This document shows, in pieces, positions 1-12,989 of a DNA stretch of 64,000 bases; position 1 is the first letter of the stretch; each line of letters starts with the position of its first letter. The notes below the pieces were generated by a model, which did no database searches, had not been told where the DNA came from, and saw only the letters and a list, made by a program, of their open reading frames with translations. The DNA lies in contig MU054187.1 in NCBI GenBank assembly GCA_013239625.1, positions 18,654,711 through 18,718,710 on the forward strand, read 5' to 3'. The position numbers were made by a program, and so were the translations under genes. Source of the DNA: Lama guanicoe. Lineage: Eukaryota.

Positions 1-1243
1 CACAGCAGGCAGGTTAGATGGCAGCACCACGGAGGGTCTGACACACCAGGAAAGACTAATACAGACACCGAATCTTTCGTTCAAGAAACTGACCGGTTCC
101 TCCACTTCCTACAACCCCAGACGAAATCAACATTTTCACTTGTCTGAAGCAAAGGAGAAAACAGACACGATTTTCTTGAGGCTGAACTTAAAAGTCACAA
201 CCTTTATTCTGGGTATTCTTCCAGATTTTGGAGGGGCTGGAGGGGTGATGGAAAATATATTTAATTTTAGAAACGGCAGCTTTTTGTTGGTTGCTTTCAA
301 TGACTTGGCAAAATAAGGCTCTGACAATCCAGCTTGAGCTCCCTATTCCCAGATCTAATTTTACCATCTGTGAAATCCGAAGTAGTAGGAATGGTAGTGT
401 TAGGGTGTAACACCCACTTACCGCCATAACTCACATATGAGTGCAGCCCCACTGATACCTGCTGACTCACCGGACACACATCACTGCCCAGGACAGAACA
501 GAAAAAGGGGAATAACTGGTTTAGAAGGCGGAGGGCACGAGGAACGCCGTTTGGCTACAAATAGAGAGTCTGATGCGGGCAAAGAACATCCAGACTGGAG
601 AAGTCCACCAATGACTCCACCTTAAAGACACATGTGGACCTAAACCCTCTAGAAACGATATGAGCCATTGTTACTGAGGGCAATTCTCATCCATCAAGTG
701 TATTGAGGGGGGAAAAAACAGTTGAGTGTCACTGTTTTAGGAAGTCCACAAAAAATGAAAAAAAAGCCAGCAGCCCGAAGCTCATTTCAGGTTGAAACTG
801 AAAAGAGCCCAGTCTGCACATTTTTATAATTTTCCTAGCAACTCTGGCTTTAGCCCCCGATTAGGGGGAGAATGAAACAAGTTACCCAGGGCTGGGCATT
901 AATGTGGCGATAATCACAGAGAGTCAGGGTGACATCGTCTATTAGAACAAACATGAACGTAAAAATACACACATGCAGCAATTTCCCTTCTCCGTATTAC
1001 CCTAGACAAACCCGCGCGCATAAAGCAGGAATAAAAAAAGATGCTCCAGTGCACCATTTGTTTGTAACAGTTTTTAAAAATATTATAATAAACCAAAACG
1101 TCCACTAAAGGAGGTCAAACTAAGGCCTATTTATACCCTGGAACACTATGCAGCAGTAAAGAAGGATGAAACGATCGACCCGCACCAGCACCGAAAGCTC
1201 TCCACGACACAGAGCTGGTGACAAATACAGAAGCATTTGTTCT

Positions 1244-1386
1244 ATTTTTTTAAATCTGTTCTGTTTGTTTGGTGGGGAGGCAATTACACTTATTTATTTA
1301 TTATTTTTTTATGGAAGTACTGGGGGTTGAACCCAGGACCTCGTGCATACTAAGCAGGCACTCTACCATTGAGCTATACCCTCCCC
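1244..1386 (-). mobile_element. Camelid tRNA-derived SINE (Vic-1 type)
   Basis: Reverse complement of GGGGAGGGTATAGCTCA.TGGTAGAG...GGTCCTGGGTTCAA with A and B boxes and an AT-rich tail. Confidence 0.9.
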
Positions 1387-1435
1387 ACTGACAGCATTTA
1401 TTTTAAAAGGCGCATACACACAAATCAATTCCATG

Positions 1436-1608
1436 AGTGTTCCCAAAGTGTGGTCCCTGGACTAGAAACATCAGCATCACCTGGGAACTTGCCCAAAATG
1501 CAAATTCGCAGGCCTTCCCCCTAAATGACTGAATCAGCGATATGGGTCTGGCAGTGTGTGTTTGTGCAAGCCCTCGATGCAAGGAAAAGCTTGAGGGCTG
1601 CTGGTCTA
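1436..1608. mobile_element. MER5A-like hAT-Charlie element
   Basis: AGTGTTCCCAAAGTGTGGTCCCTGGAC...CATCAGCATCACCTGGGAACTTG..AAATGCAAATT. Confidence 0.8.
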
Positions 1609-2213
1609 CACGGGTCTGTCTACACGTCCCCAAGAAAGGGTCTGACAGGACTCACCAGCTGAGGTCTCTGCGCAGCCATCTCTATCCACATCCTTCCCCC
1701 ACCCCTTTTTTAAACAAGGAGATTGTATTCATACATGGCTCCAGGAGTTAAAAGTAACTTTTTGCCACAGGTGGAGACTGGGGAGTGGTTAACCGTGCAG
1801 CTGTGGAGGAGGAAAAGCTGATGGGATGGGAGAACGGAGGTTCCCTAAGAGCTGCTGAAATGCTGGAGGTCACAAACATCATGGAAAACAAGCCCAGAAG
1901 GAATTTTACTACAGAACCCTCAACAGAATTCAGCTGGTCTTCCTGGTGTCTCCCGCGGAGAGAGTACAGGACAGAGTCTACTCTGGTAGGAAGGACAGCC
2001 AGCTACCAAAGGATAAGAAAGAAAGAACAATGCAGACATTGTTTGGGAAAAGCCAAACTTTATTATCAAGTCTTCTGTTGTTCTGTTTGTTGATTCTTCA
2101 GCACTGCACACTGCACCTGCCAATGCCCCTCGTAGCCCCCACTGTCATCCTTACATCTGCTGGGACTGTTTTGCGGGTGACAAGAAAGGGAGCTTTGAAA
2201 TTTAAGTGCACAC

Positions 2214-2311
2214 TCTACACTAGAATTTGACACAACGTTGTAAAATGACTATAACTCAATAAAAAAAGTTAAAAAAAATAAAAAATAAATTTAAAAAATT
2301 TAAAAAAAAAA
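2214..2311 (+). mobile_element. Very short 5'-truncated L1 3' end
   Basis: TACACTAGAATTTGACACAACGTTGTAAAATGACTATAACTCAATAAAA plus an A-rich tail. TSD GAAAT(T/C)TAAGTG(C/T)ACAC at 2197-2213 and 2312-2328. Confidence 0.8.
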
Positions 2312-4551
2312 GAAATCTAAGTGTACACATCTAGCCACCATCACTCTAAGCCTTGATCATCCCCCTTCAAGGTAGTGGGGCCTGGAAACACACACACACG
2401 TTCTTTATTTCTTAACTTGATAGTCAGAAGTAAAATCAACTATTATTGCCAATATTTATAAACACACAAGTGCAGTCAGGAATCCTCTTTCAAATAAGGC
2501 TTACCGAAACCTACATATCTAAAACTAGGATTAACTAGGCTTAATTTTCAGTGAAGAGATGACACTAAGACGGAACCCATTCATCTCCATGCTGTTGCTA
2601 CAAGCCATGCTCTAACCCAGGGATAAAGATAAGTGGTATTTTATAAAGACTTATGAATTTCCGACTTTTAAATGTTTTTAAAAGTGAGAGCTTAGCTGAT
2701 CTGCTATCAAAAGTGCATGGTGTCACCCCAACATCTAAAATAGGCTAGATTTTCTTACCTTAACTTTGTCACAAAAGATCAAGTTAACTGATTCGCTCTC
2801 TGTAACAAGTACACTTCAAATTTCGCTGAAGGGGAAAAGCTGAATAAAAGTACACTCTCACTCTGGGCTTTTAGGAACGTCAGCTACTCCAGTTTCAAGC
2901 TTTATTCTCTTGGATATCGCGAGGTCATCACAACCCACTTGTTCTTTGATACAAGCAAAGCCCCATGCTCAAAGTGACTGCCGAACTACAAAGAAACAGC
3001 TGTATGCCATGCAATTCTCTGGGCCATGTTCCTCCATGGTATAGAGAAAAATAATTTCTTTTTTTAGCCTAATAGCAAGCACACAGTTCTCCTCCTCATC
3101 TCCCACCATTTGGCCAATCGTTTTTTCTTTTTTTAACAAGGCCAAATGTTTAGCTTAGACCCATGTAGGAAGTGTGGGTTCTTTACCCAGAGAAGATGAA
3201 GCAAAAAGTGTCCTGAGAGCCTTGTATAATAGAAACAGCCAATTGAAAGGAAAAAAAAAAAAGATTTGCCATTGGATCAACAGCACTGAATAAGAGAAAA
3301 CACTTTACCTCTAAAGAGAACAGATTTAAAACTTGAGAAAAAGCCTAACTGTGAGGAAGATATATTGCAAGGGCATGTTGCCATCTGTCTAGTGTATCTA
3401 TCCCTACATGAGTTAGGGAGCAATTTAAGGTAAAAGCAAGACACAGGCTATAATTGCCTTTAGGTCAATATTTGTCAGAGACGGCCTCAGCGGTCACTGA
3501 TAAGCAGCTTTCTGTATAAACAAGAGCCTGGCACCTTTCTGCTACTTCAACCAGAGTCCTGCAACTCGGGGAAGCTGTACCTTCTGGGGTGCGGGATGGA
3601 GGAGGGGCGCATACTCCAAAGGCACCACATTGCTGAATGCCCAGTAACAGCTGGGGAAGGAAGAAAGCAAGCCCCGCCTCCACCTCCCCGCCCCCGCCCC
3701 CCACCTCGGGAGCAGATCAATTCCAAACATCTTTTTCCTCCCCCACCAACATCCCCACCCGGAGGTAGAGAGCTGATCCTGAGAGGAGGGGCCGGCCACA
3801 CCCCCAAGGGAGGCTGGAGGAGCCAGGCCAGCCCGCCACAGTCACCGACAGAACCACGTGGACACACCCACCGCCACATGGGCTGGGGACGGGTATAGCT
3901 CCCAGATGAGGTATGAAATGCTGCCGTTTAAACACCCATACTCCACCAAAATGCCCACTGCATTTAACATCCGAAACTGTGACTTGCAAATCCAGCTTTC
4001 AAGCGAATCTCTTGAGTGAAAAGAAGTCAGGGACAAGCAGGCCTTGGGCTCTCTTTGAACAGAGGAAACCTGAGCTCCTGCAGGCCTGCCAAAGCTGCTG
4101 GCGTTTCAGGGAAACACTTGTGATTAAGAACCTGAATCCCCACTTGATAGGGTGTGTGCAGGGTAGAGGGAGGAGGGCGGGTGGAAAACATCAGTGAGTA
4201 AAGAACATAAGGCCTGCACCTAGGTTGGTACTTTAGTTACAATGTGGTTATGTTTCCACTAGTATATCTGTCCCTTAATGAACATGTACATTCAAAGACA
4301 GAATGGTGCTTACACACTAACAAATCAACGTGGGAGAAGAGTGCTTGCTAAGGTTACAGAAGGTCACCAGGTTTTTTTTTAGGAAATGTTTTATTACAGT
4401 CTATAATTATGTAATATCTTTGAAAAAAAGAAACGTTTTATTGCTTTGCTTTTCTACATGTTTCTCCACTAAGGATATGTTTAACTTATGCAAAAAAAAA
4501 AAGGATAAAGAATTACTGCAAAGCATAGAAAAATACTATATACATTAAGTT

Positions 4552-4691
4552 GGGGCAGGGGAGGATATAGCTAAAGTGGTAGAGCACATGCTTAGCATGC
4601 ACAAAGGTCCTGGGTTCAATCTCTAGTACCTCCTCTAAATAAATAAGTAAACCCTCTCCCCCAAAAAACTTTTTTTTAAATAATAAATTAA
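4552..4691 (+). mobile_element. Camelid tRNA-derived SINE (Vic-1 type)
   Basis: GGGGAGGATATAGCTAAAGTGGTAGAG...GGTTCAAT head, A-rich tail, ATACATTAA repeated on both flanks. Confidence 0.9.
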
Positions 4692-6084
4692 ATACATTAA
4701 ATCCAGCTGCTTTAACAACACAATGCCCAGTAACTGAAGGAAGTTAACCATAGTTGCTTCCAAAAAGAGAAAAAAGAAAAGTATGGGGCTGCACAGGGGA
4801 CTGCCCACAGGCTTCCACTGGGATAAGCAGAGGGGTGCTGTCTTAGTAGGAAAAACGAATTCCTGAAAGGGAGCTAAAGCTCTCCCAAGCAACTGGGCTG
4901 CGGGGAAAGGAGACCACTTCCTTTCCAGCTCTCCCACCTCCCACCATTGCCTTCTCCCCAGAACAGCCATCTCAATTAAGACTGGATTTGCAAACCCAAG
5001 GATCCTGCCATCAAAACATTTCACTCATCCGTGGTTCACGCAACGATTCATAGGCAAAATTCCACTTGAGACTCGGTAACATTAAATAAATCAGCTCCAT
5101 TTAGACAAATTTATGTCTGTAACAAATTCATTTAAAATAAGATCTCTCTACCTGATTGAGAGGAGGTAAAATATTGCAGATTAACTACAAGATCCTGGGG
5201 AGCTCTTTAAGGCCCCCACCCATCACACTCCCTCATCAGTAAGTGGGAAAGAAAGAGTCCAACTGCACGGAGCTCTTGTGAGAATCAAATAAGGTATTCG
5301 CTGCCCACGGCTGCTAGGCTGAAGCCAGGACCAAAGATGCACCCAATAAATGTTTTAGCATCATCACCAAATAAAATTTCTTTCTTTCTTTTTTGCCCAC
5401 AGTACGGGTTGAAAAGAACTAAGAATTCCAAATTCTTCCAAAGCTGAAAGCCCCAAACCATACTCATCTTGCCCTCGGCAGTCTTCCACCCACTGTTTCC
5501 AAACTCTAACAGAAAAGACGTGCAGTCAGCCACATTCTCTGCGGCACGGCAGGACGCACTGTGAGGACACAGTAACAGTTCTGTCTTGTTCAGTGCAGAA
5601 GCCATGGATGTGGGGTACCAGTATTAATGGGAAAATGAACACACATAAATTGCATGTCAACAGCAAAAGGGTGACTGGGCGGACAGGCATCCTCAAGAGA
5701 AGCAGGAGAGTCAGAGAGCACGGGGTACCTGCTGCTCTCCATGGGCAAGTGCTGGTGACAGCACCTGGAGCCCAGACACAAGGGGCATCCCTCAGCTCAC
5801 AGAGCTGAGCACCTGCTGGTGGCCATGTCCCGAGTCCAAGGTGGAAGTGACTATGCGACAAAGATGCACTTCCTGGGATGGCACCAGAACTGCAACTAAT
5901 TAATCATTTCCCTTTATTCCTTTAATTGAGAAAGAAAAACCAAAGTTTCCTCCTCATCTTCTAGTAAGTTTTAAAAATTATATGGCCTCCAAGTGTTTCT
6001 AACTTTGCCTAGAATTCATACAGAGAAACCCAAATTGCTCAACTACTAAAGTATGACTTGAAAATTCCCAATTTAATAATTTGA

Positions 6085-6312
6085 AATATAACAGATACAC
6101 ACTACTATATATAAAATAAACAACAAGGACTTACTGTATAGCCCAGGGAACTATACTCAATTTCTTATAATAAGCTGTAATAGAAAAGAATCTGAAAATA
6201 TATGAGTATATATATGTATATATATATATATATAAAACTGAATTGCTTTGCTGTATACCTGAAACTAACATTGTAAATCAACTCCACTTTAATTAAAAAT
6301 AAAATTAAAAAA
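6085..6312 (+). mobile_element. L1 3' UTR fragment (younger artiodactyl/camelid type)
   Basis: ACAGATACACACTACTATATATAAAATAAACAACAAGGACTTACTGTATAGC...GAAACTAACATTGTAAATCAACT plus an A tail. The same 3' end recurs many times in the window. Confidence 0.88.
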
Positions 6313-6905
6313 CCCCAATAACTTGAAATATTTTTTTCTAAGCTTTGAATCATTATACACACACCAAAAAAGAGAGAGGGAGACACTTAAATTTGCTTTG
6401 CAACAGCAATGAAATGAATAATAGATGAACAAAGAAGGAAATTTGTTTTCAGGGTTTTTTTTTTTATTTCTACCAAAAAAAATTAATACTAACAGGAAAC
6501 ATAAAATATATTGAATAAATTCATAAAATCCCTTAAGTAAAAGCAAAGCAAAAAGAACAAGGGCAATAAAACCACTGAGTTTCATTTTATGGCCCCAAAT
6601 GGGGAAAGATTAAAAAGAGAAAGAAGAAAATGGAAATTAGGTGGAGTTAAAAAAAAAAGAGAGAGAAAAGAAAAAGAAAAGCAAAGATGGGCAACAGAAA
6701 ATTGAGAGAAATGAGCACGCCCGCATGCAAACTGAGGGGAGCAGACAGACTGACGTGGGACTCAATGTTTCTGCTTCACTTTGGATTTTAGGGAATTTTC
6801 AAAGTGCTCTTGTTGTTGCTTTTGTTTTTTTTTTTTTTAATATATTGAAAGATTCTTGAAATTCTACAGTGCTTTACAATTTTCAAAAAGTTTCACACAT
6901 GGTTT

Positions 6906-7297
6906 CATAGAATCCTGTCACATAATAACCTTTTTCATACTGCTCCCATACTGCCCCTCCCCACTTCCCTCTCCCCGCTGGTGATCACTAGTTTGTCCTC
7001 TGTATCTGTGAGTCTGCTTTTTTTGTTGTTTTATTCCCTAGTGTGTTGTAATTTTTAGATTCCATATATAAGTGAAATCACACAGTATTTGTCTCTCTCT
7101 GTCTGACTTATTTCACTTAGCATAATGCCCTCCGAGTCCATCCATGTTGCTGCAGAAGGCAAGACTTCATTCTTTTTTATGGCTGAGTAGTGTTCCATTG
7201 TATATCTATACCACTTTCTCTTTATCCATTCATCTGCTGATGGGCACCGCAGTTGCTCCCCTACCTTGGCAACTGTAAACAATGCTGCCATGAACCC
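6906..7297 (-). mobile_element. L1 fragment (ORF2 C-terminus / 3' UTR)
   Basis: ORF 7055-7291 translates as MAALFTVAK...CPSADEWIKRKWY.YTMEHYSAIKKNE...WMD.EGIMLSEISQ, the L1 ORF2 C-terminus. Confidence 0.9.
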
Positions 7298-8727
7298 TGA
7301 GGACCTAGGGCACTTTGAAAAGTTGCTCGTTCCATCCGAGTTCCCTGCTTTTCAAGTTTAACAGCTACAGTTGCCATTGTGAATAGAATAATCAGACCAG
7401 GACAGCGTCATCAGCCCTTTATCGGCAGTGACCACCGCCCCAGCCAGAGACTCCCAGGACTGGAAGCCCTTCCAGGGGCTAAAAAGAGGAGGTCAGTTTG
7501 GGAAGGAATTGTAATGCTGGGGAAAAAATAAAAACCTCTAAACCAAGAGAAATCTTTCACGTTATCTTTACTATTAGTCAGAATCTTCACTGAATCCCTG
7601 ATGTGATCAGTAGCCACCCATTAAAAAATCACCCAGAAAGTCAACTGGAAGGTCAACAGACCAGACTCTTGGGGGAAATGGGGGGAAGGGGCTGCCACTC
7701 TGGAGGGAAAATCCTTTCTCAAGGGAATATTTGACAAATCCAGACGCTGCTTGAATCAACCCCACAGCCAAGGTGCTCCACCGCGAAAGCGAGCACTCAC
7801 ACCAGCAGGTTCACCCTGAGAAACCGCTGGTTAAAAAGGACATCACAGCTTTACTGCGATTTGGCTCTAATGTCACCTCGAGGCTAAATTGCTTCTCTGG
7901 CCCTCACACTACCCAGAGACTGCCTCATGCTTTCATTTTGCAGGTATTTAATAAGTACTTATTCTCCGCAAGGCTTTTACCCATTAAAGTGAATTACTGC
8001 TTACAGACTTGAGCTCCTTGAAGGTCAGACTCTAGGCTAGCACTATTAAAATACATTTCGCATTAAAAGCATCTTGGAATGGCAAATCCAGTGACTGTCC
8101 CTTGCCTCGCTTTCTTCTCTCATTTTACAAACATGCACAAAGGTCAAACCAGCATCCTCTCTGCGCTCAGAAACAAAAATCAATACTCGAGACAGACAAG
8201 CAAATCATCAACTTAATCCGAATTTCCCTTTAAAACCCGCCCTGGCTTCTCAAAAGAGCGGTCTCTCATTTTGGGTTTTCATCCCACGTTTGACCACCCT
8301 CACAGGCCCCGCATCCATCCATGGCGCCTGCCCTCCCCCTTCTCCTCAACCTCATCCAACCCGCAGAGCTCCAGTCTCTCAGCATTGTCCACAACTGGTC
8401 CTCATCACCAAAGCCAGGATCCACTTCTTCCCCTCAATGTACTCGGCCTCTTCAGAGCCTCTGAAAGTCAAATGCCCTTTTTCTTAACTTGCCCGTTCCC
8501 CTCCCAGCCCTGAAATGTCCCTACTCCATGCTCTGTTCTCTTTCTTCTGGGCCATCTCAGCAATTTAATAGCTTCAAATATCACATGTGCTAATATGTAA
8601 GTGATAAGCTAACCCTTAGTAGCTTCAAATTATCGCGTTTCCCAAACCTTGCTGTCCTGCCCCGCTCCTTCTCACAGATCCACAGTCACCCCCAGGCCTG
8701 TCCACACATGTGTCCCACAAGGACCAG

Positions 8728-9351
8728 GCGGTGGCTTTAAAACATGTGTGTACATTCACTGACACTCTTCCCACAAAAAGTAGAGTCCAATTCTCCTCTC
8801 CTTGCACGTGGGCTCGCCTTCATGACACACTTCTAACACATGAGGGGGAAGTGATGCCATGTGACTTCGAGGCTAGGTCACAAAAAGCCACACAGCTTCT
8901 GACTGCCTCTCCCTTAGGACCCACCGGTTAGGAGCCCTGGGGTAACAGGTAAGAAGCCCAGGCATCCTGGGGCTGTACGCTGCTGGATCAACGGCAAGGT
9001 CTCCAGCAAAACACAGTACTCAACGCAGGCAAGCAAATAACCATCCTCAAACTGGCCGTGCTGTTTTCACCGGAGAGCACACCGATCAAGTCAGGCGCCC
9101 AAGGCAGGTGCCTGAGAAGCCCCAGCTGCCGGCGTCCTCCCAGCACAGCTGCCCCTCATGAGAGTGAGCGAGCCTTCGGGGGAGCTCAGCCTCGTGCTTC
9201 AAGCCCCCCAGCTGAGCTGAGCAGAGCAGAGACAAGCTGCAGCCCCCACCAAGCTCCCCCCAAATTACAGATCTGTGACCACAAGAGATGCTGTTGCTTT
9301 AAACCCCTAGCTTTCTGGGTGGTTTGTGATGCAGCTTTGGACAAATGGAAC
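8728..9351 (+). mobile_element. MaLR LTR (MLT1F/G-like)
   Basis: GAAGTGATGCCATGTGACTTCGAGGCTAGGTCACAAAAAG core and TGTTGCTTTAAACCCCTAGCTTTCTGGGTGGTTTGTGATGCAGC...GAACA end. Confidence 0.8.
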
Positions 9352-9359
9352 AGACCTCA

Positions 9360-10030
9360 AATATGACATACGCCAGATGGAATTCTCTCCTCCCTGCTCT
9401 TTTCTATTAGAAATGACACAAAAGCCCCTGTGTGCTCTTCTTTATCCCCAGATCCTCTCCCCCAACATCTGACCGGTTCCACCCAGACCTCTCTCGGGAA
9501 TCCAGCACCCCTGCCCCTGGTGTGGAACACTGCGATACCTGCTATGTGATTTGCTAGTATCTTCTACTCAGTTGCCAGAATGTTATTCTGAAACTAAACT
9601 CTCAGCCGCCTACCACCTGCCTATCACCTGTAGAACACAGTCCTGATTCCTGATCCTAGCACACGAGGCTGCTCCCACACCCCTAGTGACCACCTTGAAC
9701 TCCAGCCACAGGGGACTTCTACGGCTCAAGCACCTTTGTGACCTTTCATGCCTTGGCACCTTTGCACAGGCTGAACCTTCTTCCCAAATTCCCTTCCTCA
9801 TCCTTCCCTCTCTCACCTCTTACCAAGACCCCTACGTAGCCTTCAAGTCCAAGTTCAAAGGCCACCTGCGATGAGAATCCTCCCTTGATGACCAGCCAGT
9901 GCTGCTGGCTTCCTCCTCGGCCAGGTGTGCAGCCCTGACAGCCACTGCCGTGGCCGAGCTGGACGCGCGCTTCTCCAGCCTGGCCTGAGAGCCCGAGGGC
10001 AGGCATCACATCATACTTGTCTCTAAATAA
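9360..10030 (+). mobile_element. LINE-2 remnant
   Basis: Pyrimidine-rich, with TTTGCACAGGCTGAACCTTCTTCCCAAAT and CCTTCAAGTCCAAGTTCAAAGGCCACCT. Confidence 0.6.
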
Positions 10031-11804
10031 AGGAAATGTTTCATTTGAATTGGGAGCCACTGATTTAGCATTTTACAGAAATGCAAATATTCAGTTTAAG
10101 AATCAGCACCTATTGAGCCCCAGTGCTAGTCAGATTTTTACTTAATTTTCTCAGATTAAGTAGGCTGAGGTGTAACAGCCTCCAAGAGGTTGAGTGATTT
10201 ATCCAGTGTCTTATAACTAGAAAATAAGGAAGCCAAATTTTGAACCCAGACATAATGTCAGGTCCCGCGTTCTTTGCCCTGAACATTTACAATTAGCTCT
10301 GGTGCACAAGGACAGACACATGGCCAAATTCTTGTGCAGGCACACGCCCTGCCTAGCACTCCCATGGTAGCTACCACAGCACGGCGCCCTTCTAAACAAC
10401 AGCTTTGAAAGGAAAAGGGAGATGATATAAAACTTTTACATAGTATAATATGTTGCACAAGGGCAAGAACTCTGCAGCCAAATATGCCAGGCTGAAAACC
10501 AGCTCTGTCTGTGTCAAGCTGTGTGCCCCTGGAGAAGTTACTACCATTCCTTCATACCTTGCTTCTTCATTTGTAAAGCGTAAAACATTGTGAGTGTGGC
10601 TCACAGGTTTGTCATAAAAGTTTTCAAAATGAAACATGAAAAGCATTTAAAATAGAACCCAGTCTGCAGAAAGCACCCAGCAAAGGTGGTTGCTGCTGAT
10701 ATTAGTGGTAACAGTTGTATTTCTAAAAGTGACCCAGTGAAGCCCCAGCTGGAAAACTTAAGTCATTATAATGCAGGGCTTGAGGCAGTTTTGATCCTAA
10801 TTTTGTTTTAACTAGTTGGAAGGAAAACATTTCTAACATGTATGAAGTGTCCCCAGCCCTTTAAACTGTTTTGCAAACATAGTTGAATTTGTTCTTGGAC
10901 GCCAGGTTACTCTCTTAGAGACAACAGGTGGGGGAAGCAGTTTTTGCCATGCTCTCCGCATCTAGCAGAGTATGGGGAGATCTTGATCACTCAGCTTCTG
11001 TTTCCTCAAGTATAAAATGAAAATGATAGCAGTCCTACCACCCCACAGCATTGAAAGACTAAAATGAAACAATATGAAGACAAATTAGTATGAGTTCTGC
11101 AAAAGCCAGATGGAATCATCATTACCATCAACACCATCATCACCATTCTGACTGCTAATAAAGTCACATACCAAAAGCGGTACAAAAAGCTGTACACCAA
11201 AACGGACAGCTGGTCACCACTTTGCTAAATGCCCCAGCGGCCAAAATGCTTGCATTTTTCCCTTTTTACGTAATTTTCGTTCTGGTTAACGAGCAGCAAA
11301 TCCTTTCCACCACTGTCAACATCCCCCTTGCCCTTCTCAATTGCATTCAATGAAAACTTCTAAAACATATTGACATCCCTCCTAAGTTCAGGATACACTA
11401 GAAGCAAAAAACCAAAAAAACCAAAAAACTAACTTTGATAACACAGCACAGAAAACGTATTTATGAAAGTTATTTATTGAGCACCATATCCACCACCCTT
11501 TTGGAGAATAGAAACATAACCAACACTGTGTATTCCTCTATCTGTTAAGTGAATACACACACACTTACACATACTTTGGAAGTGAAGTACCAATTTGGCT
11601 TCTATTTACAGACCAGATTTTCAGTGATTATATATAAAACTCTAAGCAATTTGGAATATATATTCTTGTCTCCTTGCCAAATCACTATCTTTTCTTAATC
11701 CTTAACCTTTTGTATCTAATCCCATCTGACTCTATGTATGCTAGAAATCTAATTTTTTTTAAGTGTGTCAAAGTCAAAGTTTATTGTACTTCCACTTTCC
11801 TATC

Positions 11805-12130
11805 TTTTTTTTTATTAATAGACTTTATTTTTTAGAGCAGTTTCAGGTTCACAGCAGAATTGAGCAGAAAATAGAGTTTTGCCCATAGCCCTCCCCACCC
11901 ACACATACATACACCCCTACCCTTAACATCCCTCATCAGTGTGGTATATTTGGTGCAATCGATGAACCAACACGGACACATTACTGTCAACCAAAGTCCA
12001 CGGTTTACATTGGGGTTCATTCTTGATGCTGTACATTCTGTGGGTTTTGATAAATGCATAATGACATGCAGCCACCGCTATAGTATCATAGAGAATAATT
12101 TCATTGCCCTAAAAATCCCTTGTGCTCCAT
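11805..12130 (-). mobile_element. Old L1M 3' end
   Basis: TAGACTTTATTTTTTAGAGCAGTTTCAGGTTCACAGCAGAATTGAGCAGAAA... is typical of a reverse-complemented L1MB/MC 3' end. Confidence 0.8.
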
Positions 12131-12989
12131 CTAAGGAAATCTTTCTAATTAATGTATGCACAACAGGATAAATATTTATGGAGAACACACAACATACACA
12201 TCCGCTAAGAGCTGGGAACACAAATGTCAGGGCGGTCTCCTAGTGACACTTTACTTCTAGCCAAGCACACAGCCTAGTGGGTTGTATAAACTACAATCTT
12301 CAGTCCTACGGCCCTACTGACTGCACTGGAAGCTCCTTTTCCACATCACAGTGCTGCCAACAGATCTCAGAATACAATAGGTGAAGTTTAATCCTATTAA
12401 GTAAATTCTCAATCCAAAACTTTACAAGGTCACATTTTATGTAATTTTAAAACTGAGTTTTACATTTGAATAGCTGTAACATGAGATGTACTCACCGTGC
12501 CTATAAGCCAAAGCATGTACATTAATATCCTTGCCTAAAACCACTACTTTTAGCATTAATTACAAAAGCATCTAAAGAGAAGACACACAGACACAGAGAA
12601 GCAAGTACTGAAAGCTACTCAGAGCCATGTAAGTTACTCTAAAAACTGTCACCAAGAAAATGTCTGCTCTTAATAATGTCTTTGTTAGTAAAAATAACAT
12701 AAAACGATCCAACATAACCAATGAAAATAAAAATAGAAAAAATAAATACTTGCCACTGAACACACAGATTTAATATGGACAGGAGGGTGGGAAGGGGGGA
12801 GGAGAAGGCAAAGACACACTGAGATCCCCACTGTAAGAAGTAAGTAACAAACAAACGCAAATGGCTAATATCATCTACAGCCTCTCTAGTAAATGGAGGA
12901 ATTTTATAGGAAAACAGATGGCATTTTTTTTTTAACCGGTAAGTTTTATCATTCTTTTCCTCCACTCAGGGCAATGACATCTGTGCAGA

